Virus record (IMG/VR): IMGVR_UViG_3300017743_000014
Coordinates: 1 to 51,907 of that record
DNA length: 51,907 bases
Strand: one strand, 5' to 3'
Origin: a virus
Taxonomy: Duplodnaviria; Caudoviricetes
The position numbers and the translations under genes are program-made. This document shows positions 45,839-51,907 of this stretch, one piece after another. Position 1 is the stretch's first letter; every line of letters starts with the position of its first letter. The notes beneath the pieces were generated by a model. The model saw only the letters and a program-made list of their open reading frames with translations, was not told the origin of the DNA and did no database searches.

Positions 45839-46171
45839 ATGAAATGTCCGAAGTGCAATTTTGGTAAGAGCTTGGTCTGTGACTCAAGACCTCGTGAAGA
45901 TGACTTTGCGACTATGCGTAAACGCAAATGTCAAAATTGTGACTTCGTTTATCACACTGTTGAGATATTTTATAATAAGCCTGTGAAGCCAAAAGTTGTG
46001 AAGCCAAAGCCCAAGGCTGATATCAAGCAAGCCAAGAAAGCCCAAATGAATAAAAGGCTCGCAAAGATTAAACGCAGGGAAGCAGCAGAGCGCATTGATA
46101 TGATGAGTGATGAAGAGCTTGAGCAGGCAATGTTTTCAGGTTCAGATTTAAAAGAGCTTGGCCTCGACTGA
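45839..46171 (+). CDS. NrdR-like zinc-ribbon protein (no ATP-cone)
   Basis: MKCPKC...V.DSRP......RKRKC..C...Y.TVE. Confidence 0.75.
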   Translation: MKCPKCNFGKSLVCDSRPREDDFATMRKRKCQNCDFVYHTVEIFYNKPVKPKVVKPKPKADIKQAKKAQMNKRLAKIKRREAAERIDMMSDEELEQAMFSGSDLKELGLD

Positions 46172-46185
46172 GAAAGGAATGTTGA

Positions 46186-46572
46186 ATGTCAAAAGTATAT
46201 ATAGTGAACAGGCCTGTGAAGAATAAGTTTGGTTGGGTGCCAGACTTAAGTGATGCCAGTCGGTATGGTGCACTTGAGATTGTTTTTGAGCCCAATGACA
46301 AACCACAGTTTCTTCCTGGACCAAGCGTCCAAAAGGCTCGAAGAATAATGAAGGACTTTTCGTCAGAGGATTACATACTCTGGCCAGGAGGTGGTGACCC
46401 AATCGCTGTAATGATCACATGCATGATCGCCAGTGAAAAGGCCAACACAGTGAGAGTGCTCCGCTGGGAGCGTAACAATGATGAGGGTGAAAGGGATAGA
46501 CGGAAAGGTTGGTATATGCCTGTAGCTCTCGAACTGAGAAAGGAAGACTATGACAGATATAGATCTGCTTGA
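46186..46572 (+). CDS. Conserved phage hypothetical protein
   Basis: KVYIV, D.S.A..YG.L, DYIL..GGDP, LRWER. AGAAAGGA RBS. Confidence 0.7.
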   Translation: MSKVYIVNRPVKNKFGWVPDLSDASRYGALEIVFEPNDKPQFLPGPSVQKARRIMKDFSSEDYILWPGGGDPIAVMITCMIASEKANTVRVLRWERNNDEGERDRRKGWYMPVALELRKEDYDRYRSA

Positions 46573-47140
46573 GGATGTGGCACCAGCATCCAATGAACTT
46601 GGTGCAATCGCTGATGTGGCTCAGAGGATGTTTAATCTTGAAGATGAGATAAAGCAACTTGAAGAGGCATTGAAGCAGAAAAAGCAGAATCTCAAGACGT
46701 TGGCAGAACAGGACTTGCCTGACTTAATGCAAGAACTGAACATCAAGAACTTCACTCTGAGCAATGGTGCAAAGGTTGAAGTGAAAGATGTAATCTCAGC
46801 TTCTGTCCCATCACAAGGTGCGATTGATCGCGTCAAAGATGAGGATGAAAAGGAAGCAATGAGAATGCTCCAACAGCAGTGCTTTGGTTGGTTGCGTGAG
46901 AATGGTCTCGGTGACTTAATTAAAAGTAATGTTGAGGTTCAGTTTGGTCGTAATGAAGATGACGCATGCAATGAATTCACTGAAGAGTTGCGGGAGCGGA
47001 AACTTTATTACAAACGTGCAGTCGGGGTGCATCCCTCTTCACTTAACGCAACATTAAAAGAGCGTATGGGTGAAGGCAAAGATGTACCTGTTGAAATGTT
47101 CCGTGTTTACATGGGACGCAAAGCCAACATAAGGAGATAA
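46550..47140 (+). CDS. Conserved phage replication-module protein
   Basis: Coiled coil, LPDLM.E, WLRENGLGDLIK, VHP.SL.A..KE. Confidence 0.7.
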   Translation: MTDIDLLEDVAPASNELGAIADVAQRMFNLEDEIKQLEEALKQKKQNLKTLAEQDLPDLMQELNIKNFTLSNGAKVEVKDVISASVPSQGAIDRVKDEDEKEAMRMLQQQCFGWLRENGLGDLIKSNVEVQFGRNEDDACNEFTEELRERKLYYKRAVGVHPSSLNATLKERMGEGKDVPVEMFRVYMGRKANIRR

Positions 47141-47144
47141 TGAA

Positions 47145-47933
47145 ATGGCTAATGATGTAGTTAAGAAAAAAGAAAGCAATGTTGTGGCGTTTGACGAAAG
47201 CATCTTGCTTGAAGATATTGGTTCTGGTTCAGAAGGAATGACAAAAGACGATGTGATGATTCCTCGTCTGAGTATCCTTCAACAAATGTCAGACCAAGTA
47301 AACAAGCGTCATGGTTCATACATTGATGGTGCTGAGCCAGGAATGATTATGGACAATGTTGCAAACGTCTCATTTGATGGCGAGAAGGGCATAACAGTCG
47401 TCCCGATCAGCTATCGTCGTGCACACATTGAATGGAAGCCAGATAGAGGTGGCTTGGTCAATGATCATGGCTCATCTTCTGATTGCCTTGAAAGCTGTCA
47501 GCGTGGTGACAAAGGTGAGTACTTTACTAGCGAGGGCAATGAGATTGTTCCTACTGGTGAGTATTTTGTATTTGTCATTGATGGTGATGGCAACCACACA
47601 CCTGCACTTTTGAGTATGAGCAAGTCTCAAATGAAAAAGGCAAAGCAGTGGAATGCCATGATCTCACGCCTGATGATTGATATCAACGGCAAAAAAGAAA
47701 ACCCAGCGATGTTCTGGACATCATACCAGCTGACAACTGTTCCTGAGTCAAATGATCAGGGTTCGTGGTTTGGTTGGTCTGTGAAGATGAATCATGACGC
47801 TCAATCAGGTGGCATCATTCAAAACTTGTCCAATGGCAAGAACATTTACCTTGAAGCACGCAAATTTAAAAAAGACGTGCAATCAGGTAATGTTAATGTT
47901 TCTGCTGAGTCAGTAGACGATGATGTAATGTAG
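47145..47933 (+). CDS. ssDNA-binding / annealing-like protein
   Basis: IPRL.ILQ.MS, GA.PG, EW.P...G, N.QG.WFGW, acidic tail DDDVM. Confidence 0.6.
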   Translation: MANDVVKKKESNVVAFDESILLEDIGSGSEGMTKDDVMIPRLSILQQMSDQVNKRHGSYIDGAEPGMIMDNVANVSFDGEKGITVVPISYRRAHIEWKPDRGGLVNDHGSSSDCLESCQRGDKGEYFTSEGNEIVPTGEYFVFVIDGDGNHTPALLSMSKSQMKKAKQWNAMISRLMIDINGKKENPAMFWTSYQLTTVPESNDQGSWFGWSVKMNHDAQSGGIIQNLSNGKNIYLEARKFKKDVQSGNVNVSAESVDDDVM

Positions 47934-47955
47934 AGGGGTCTCATTGCATTATCTA

Positions 47956-47976
47956 GGGAGAGGCACTGCCTCTCCC
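47956..47976 (+). other. Perfect 9-bp hairpin between the SSB-like and primase genes
   Basis: GGGAGAGGC-ACT-GCCTCTCCC, no U tract. Confidence 0.6.
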
Positions 47977-47998
47977 GACGACTCAGAAAGGAACAAAG

Positions 47999-49531
47999 AT
48001 GGAACTGACTAAAAGATTTATGCGTTTGTTCAGAGGCTATGAAAAAGCTCATGGCGAATATCGCGTTCAAAAAACAGAAGCTGACGGCAAGATGTCTGGT
48101 CGTGCAGTCACAGTGGCTGAGCCAGCAACAGCTAATCATTTTGAATCTCACCTTAGAGGTGGTGACTACATTCTCGGAATTATTATGTTGCGTGAAAACA
48201 ACTCATGCAATTTTGGAGTTATTGATATTGACATCAGAGGCGAGGTAAAACTCAACGAGTCGCTTGAATCGTTGGAGAAGAAAATTGAAAGCACGCCTCT
48301 TGTTCTGTGCCGCTCTAAGTCTGGTGGTGCTCATCTTTATTTGTTTTGTGAACCTGCGATTGCCGCTATTGATATGGTGGCTAAACTTAACGAGTTCGCA
48401 GCTACATTAGGTTATGGTGGGGCTGAAATTTTCCCCAAGCAAATATCTCGTGCTAATGAACGTGACCGAGGCAACTGGATAAATCTTTGTTACTGGGATG
48501 GCAATGAATCTGAGCGTCACGCAATACACAAAGGCAAAAAGCTAAGTCTTGAGCAGTTTCTAGACCTCGCTGAGAAAAAGCAAACCAGCTACGAAGCTCT
48601 TGAAAATTTTAAGCCTGACTTGATCAACATGTTTGAGGATGGTCCACCATGCCTCCAACACATCATGACAATGGGCTTCCCAGAAGGTGGCAGAAACATA
48701 TCTCTGTTCAATGTGGGTGTTTATTACAGAAAAAAGAATCCAGACGACTGGCAAGAAGATTTAATGAAATTCAACTATGAGCATTTGTCTGAGCCACTGC
48801 CTAGTGGCGAGGTCAATGGCCTAGTCAAATCAGTTTCAAAAAAAGAATATGCCTACACATGCAAACAAGCACCAGTCTGCAACTATTGCGAGAAAAGCAA
48901 GTGCATGAAGCGTGAGTATGGGGTTGGTGGGATTGGTGGCGGTCAAGCCATAGAGATTGACGCCATAACAAAATACGAAACTGAGAACAGACAATCAGTC
49001 CGTTGGTATATTGAAATACAAGGTGAGCGGATTGAGGTGACTACCCAGCAACTTCTTGATCAGCGTCAGCTGCAAAAGCTATGTGTTGAGAAGTTGAACA
49101 AGTGCCCAAGTACTATGCCAGGACAACGCTGGGAACAACGCATCAATGAGCTGTTGGGTTCTGTTGAGGTTGTCATTGACCCAGATGATGCAAGTCCGCA
49201 AGGTCAATTTGAAAAGATGCTTGACTCATTTTTGACAGGCAAAGTCCAAGCTCGTCATCGTGATGAGATCATGAATGCCAAGCCTTGGCACGATACAGAT
49301 GAGGGGAAAGTTTATTTTAGATCTGAAGATCTTTTCATATATCTTGACGCAAGACGATTCAGATATCCTTCTCAACATCAAATTTGGTCTTGGCTAAGAG
49401 TTATTGGTGGTGACAGAAAAACATTTAGAATTAAATCAAAACCAGTTAAAGTATGGTCAGTCCCTGCTCCTGATTTTTATGATGATGAGGATCAGCTGGA
49501 TGTCCCGACAACTGTAGAGGATAATTTTTAA
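47999..49531 (+). CDS. Archaeo-eukaryotic primase (AEP) with PriCT-like domain
   Basis: FGVIDID motif I, SKSGGAHLY motif II, EIFPKQ, GNWINL, GPPCL, GGRNISLF, Cys cluster. Confidence 0.8.
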   Translation: MELTKRFMRLFRGYEKAHGEYRVQKTEADGKMSGRAVTVAEPATANHFESHLRGGDYILGIIMLRENNSCNFGVIDIDIRGEVKLNESLESLEKKIESTPLVLCRSKSGGAHLYLFCEPAIAAIDMVAKLNEFAATLGYGGAEIFPKQISRANERDRGNWINLCYWDGNESERHAIHKGKKLSLEQFLDLAEKKQTSYEALENFKPDLINMFEDGPPCLQHIMTMGFPEGGRNISLFNVGVYYRKKNPDDWQEDLMKFNYEHLSEPLPSGEVNGLVKSVSKKEYAYTCKQAPVCNYCEKSKCMKREYGVGGIGGGQAIEIDAITKYETENRQSVRWYIEIQGERIEVTTQQLLDQRQLQKLCVEKLNKCPSTMPGQRWEQRINELLGSVEVVIDPDDASPQGQFEKMLDSFLTGKVQARHRDEIMNAKPWHDTDEGKVYFRSEDLFIYLDARRFRYPSQHQIWSWLRVIGGDRKTFRIKSKPVKVWSVPAPDFYDDEDQLDVPTTVEDNF

Positions 49532-49752
49532 TGACCTCTCCTGAAGAAGATTACAAAAAGAGGCAAAGAGCAAACTGCCATGAAAGAGTAAAAAATATGA
49601 CTGAGGCAAAAGCCAATGAGATGGTTGACAGAACATTAGGTATTTTGCGGAACTGTGCAGTGCCCAAAGATTATTTCAAAGATGTTGAGAAAATGGTTGA
49701 GCATTTCGAGCAATTGAAAAATGGAAATACTATATATGTCGAAAGGCATTAA
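49531..49752 (+). CDS. Hypothetical protein
   Basis: TAATG coupling. Confidence 0.55.
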   Translation: MTSPEEDYKKRQRANCHERVKNMTEAKANEMVDRTLGILRNCAVPKDYFKDVEKMVEHFEQLKNGNTIYVERH

Positions 49753-50020
49753 ATACGAACAGCATTATGAACGTCACATCGAGTGTGACTTCTGCGGGGC
49801 AATGACTCGTGGCAGAATATGGGAAGATGACCCAAAGAATATAAAATGCGGTGCATGTCACAATGTGCTGTTTGAGAAAGGAACTGATCATGAGGCGAGT
49901 ACAGATAATTCTTGGACCTCCAGGAACAGGCAAAACCACAACTCTGCTGCGCATAGTCGAAGACGCACTAGCACGTGGAATCCCTCCCGAGCGAATAGCA
50001 TATTTGGCTTTCACTCGTAA
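49736..50020 (+). CDS. Small Zn-ribbon protein
   Basis: CDFC...CGAC. C-terminal tail overlaps the helicase start. Confidence 0.45.
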   Translation: MSKGIKYEQHYERHIECDFCGAMTRGRIWEDDPKNIKCGACHNVLFEKGTDHEASTDNSWTSRNRQNHNSAAHSRRRTSTWNPSRANSIFGFHS

Positions 50021-51350
50021 AGCTGCATATGAAGCTCAAGAAAGAGCCATGGCCCAGTTTAGTTTTGATGAGGGCAGATTTCCTTACTTCAGGACACTTC
50101 ACTCTTTGGCCTTCAGAGAGCTGGGAATGCAAAGAGAAGAGGTAATGACCAATGCACACTATCGCAAGTTGGGCAAGGCTCTCGGTGTTGAGTTCAAAGG
50201 AATTTATGATGAGGACTTGGGGATCCATACAGGTGATGGGCTTGGTGACAAGTGCTCAAGAGTTGAGTCTCTGGCAAGAGTTGGCTTAAGAGATCTTGAG
50301 ACTCAATACTCAATAACAAACACAAACGACCTGACTCTTCACGCAGTTAACCAGTACGACTCTGCTTTGAAAAAATACAAACATGAAAATGGACTTTTTG
50401 ATTTTACTGACATGCTTGAAAATTATGCTTCACCTTTGCCTGTTGACATAATAATATTTGATGAAGCTCAAGACTTGAGTTCACTTCAATATAAGATGGC
50501 TATCATTGCTGCACAAAACGCTGAGGAAGTTTATATTGCTGGCGATGATGATCAGGCTATTTTTGGTTGGGCTGGTGCGGATGTTAACAAGTTCTTGAGC
50601 CTCAAAGGTGATAGGCTCGTCCTGCCACAAAGTTACAGAATCCCAAGATCAGTCCACAAGTTGGCTGCAGAAGTTGTGACGAGGATAAAGCACCGATATG
50701 TAAAGCCTTGGTCACCAAAGACTGAACAGGGCATGGTTGATTATGTTGCGGATGAACAGCAGATAGACTTTTCAGGCCATGGCACTTGGATGTGCTTGAG
50801 CCGAAGCAAATATCTTATGAACAGATTTCAACAATCCGTCAGGCAACAAGGCTATGCATATTCCTACAATGGCAAGCACTCCCTAGAGTCCAGTGAAACA
50901 AGGGCAATAATGACTTGGGAAAGATTGCGCAAAGGCAACAAGGTCTCTTTACATGAGGCCAAAAATGTTATACAGTTTTTTGGGTTCAATGTTAATCTCA
51001 TAAAACAAGAGTCATATGGCTTGACTGATCTGGGACTGCCAGAGGACGCAAAGAAAATTGATTGGATGAGTATGCTCAGAGGCATAGCTCCAGACGAGAG
51101 AGAATATTTAAGGTCATGTTTGCGCAATGGTGAAAAGTTTTCTGACAAGCCAAGAATCAGCATATCAACCATTCATCAGTCAAAAGGTGGTGAGGCTGAC
51201 AATGTTGTGTTGGCCACCGACATGGGAAAGCTCAGTTGGGAAAACTCTCACACAGATGAAGAGAACAGAGTCTGGTATGTCGCATTGACCAGAGCGAAGG
51301 AAAATTTGTTCATAGTGAGGCCTAGGAGCTTGAGGCATTATGACATTTAA
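49890..51350 (+). CDS. UvrD/Rep-like SF1 helicase
   Basis: GPPGTGKT, AFTRKAA, TLHS, DEAQD, GDDDQAI, QSYR, STIHQSKGGE, YVALTRA. Start re-assigned behind AGAAAGGA. Confidence 0.93.
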   Translation: MRRVQIILGPPGTGKTTTLLRIVEDALARGIPPERIAYLAFTRKAAYEAQERAMAQFSFDEGRFPYFRTLHSLAFRELGMQREEVMTNAHYRKLGKALGVEFKGIYDEDLGIHTGDGLGDKCSRVESLARVGLRDLETQYSITNTNDLTLHAVNQYDSALKKYKHENGLFDFTDMLENYASPLPVDIIIFDEAQDLSSLQYKMAIIAAQNAEEVYIAGDDDQAIFGWAGADVNKFLSLKGDRLVLPQSYRIPRSVHKLAAEVVTRIKHRYVKPWSPKTEQGMVDYVADEQQIDFSGHGTWMCLSRSKYLMNRFQQSVRQQGYAYSYNGKHSLESSETRAIMTWERLRKGNKVSLHEAKNVIQFFGFNVNLIKQESYGLTDLGLPEDAKKIDWMSMLRGIAPDEREYLRSCLRNGEKFSDKPRISISTIHQSKGGEADNVVLATDMGKLSWENSHTDEENRVWYVALTRAKENLFIVRPRSLRHYDI

Positions 51351-51365
51351 TTTCGTAAAAAATCA

Positions 51366-51476
51366 TAAGTCCTTGAAAGTGTTGAAAAAGAAAATCACTT
51401 TCTTTGTTGCCTTTTGTGACAAGTTGGCGCATAGTAATAGGACAGTCGGAAAGATTCTGGCTGATTTGAGAAAGGA
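51366..51476 (+). promoter_or_regulatory. Early promoter cassette copy 4
   Basis: TAAGTCCTTGAAA, ATCACTTTCTTTG, TTGCCT 51407-51412, N17, CATAGT 51430-51435, leader hairpin, TGAGAAAGGA. Confidence 0.75.
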
Positions 51477-51485
51477 AAAAATCAA

Positions 51486-51907
51486 ATGACAGCTTTTGCT
51501 ATTGACTATAAAAAGAACACCATCCGTGCTTTTAAATCTAAGAGTGCTGCTCAGAACATGGGCAATGGTTTGGTCGTTTTCACCTCTGTTGACGAGTTGC
51601 TTGATAATCGCAATACAACCAATCAAGGCATCGTCGCAGTTTATAACAACAACACAGATGTAGCAGTGAAGAGATTCTCTGACACCCGCACAGGTGCAGC
51701 ACGCCTGTTCAAGCTGGCTCAGCAAATTCATATCGAGTCAACTCCATTTGACAACAGCAAGGAAAAAGAAATGAACGATGTTGAAATTCACGTCAAGACT
51801 GCAGACGCAAAAAAGAAACGTGGACGCAACTCTGGGTTTGAGGGCAAGATGATTCGTGCGCTCGTTGAAAAGAATCCTCGTCGTGAAAACACTCATGGCT
51901 TTCATTC
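51486..51907 (+). CDS. 3'-truncated early protein (not in ORF track)
   Basis: MTAFAIDYKKNTIRAFKSK...KNPRRENTHGFH is open to the window end, behind a promoter and RBS. Confidence 0.75.
   Translation, partial: MTAFAIDYKKNTIRAFKSKSAAQNMGNGLVVFTSVDELLDNRNTTNQGIVAVYNNNTDVAVKRFSDTRTGAARLFKLAQQIHIESTPFDNSKEKEMNDVEIHVKTADAKKKRGRNSGFEGKMIRALVEKNPRRENTHGFH

Noticed and set aside
51363-51731. 122-aa - strand ORF in the track
   Set aside because: Antisense to the better supported + strand gene at 51486 and runs through its promoter.
1-51907. Integrase, repressor, att site, intein or intron; alternative genetic code
   Set aside because: None recognised. DnaE, TerL and the helicases are uninterrupted, and genes tile tightly under the standard code.

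Overview
About 52 kb of a tailed dsDNA bacteriophage, probably most of a circularly permuted genome, with podovirus-like (P22/T7-type) virion genes and features typical of uncultured marine phages. An alphaproteobacterial host is plausible but inferred. The + strand carries early, replication and nucleotide-metabolism genes at 1-11022 and 45839-51907: a truncated flavoprotein-like ORF, divergent ThyX, DenV-like glycosylase, HAD phosphatase, DnaQ-like exonuclease, DNA polymerase III alpha (DnaE), C39-like peptidase, SleB hydrolase, SNF2 helicase, resolvase-like nuclease, NrdR-like Zn ribbon, SSB-like protein, AEP primase and UvrD helicase. The - strand carries one long late operon (43773 to 11006): terminases, portal, many small basic and low-complexity proteins, GroES-like protein, scaffold, major capsid, adaptors, S74 tail fibre, lysis genes, nozzle, GNAT and ejection proteins, preceded by a short leftward early unit (45301 to 43949). 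The most notable unexplained signals are: a ThyX lacking its conserved histidines inside a candidate base-modification cluster; a shared G-A-L-x-x-hydrophobic motif and a CFI-box-like C-terminal domain across putative internal virion proteins; four copies of an IHF-box + sigma70 promoter cassette; a compact H-type pseudoknot and a long closed RNA leader; near-total CCGG avoidance; and several micro-ORFs missing from the ORF track. All family assignments come from motif recognition by eye, not from database searches.
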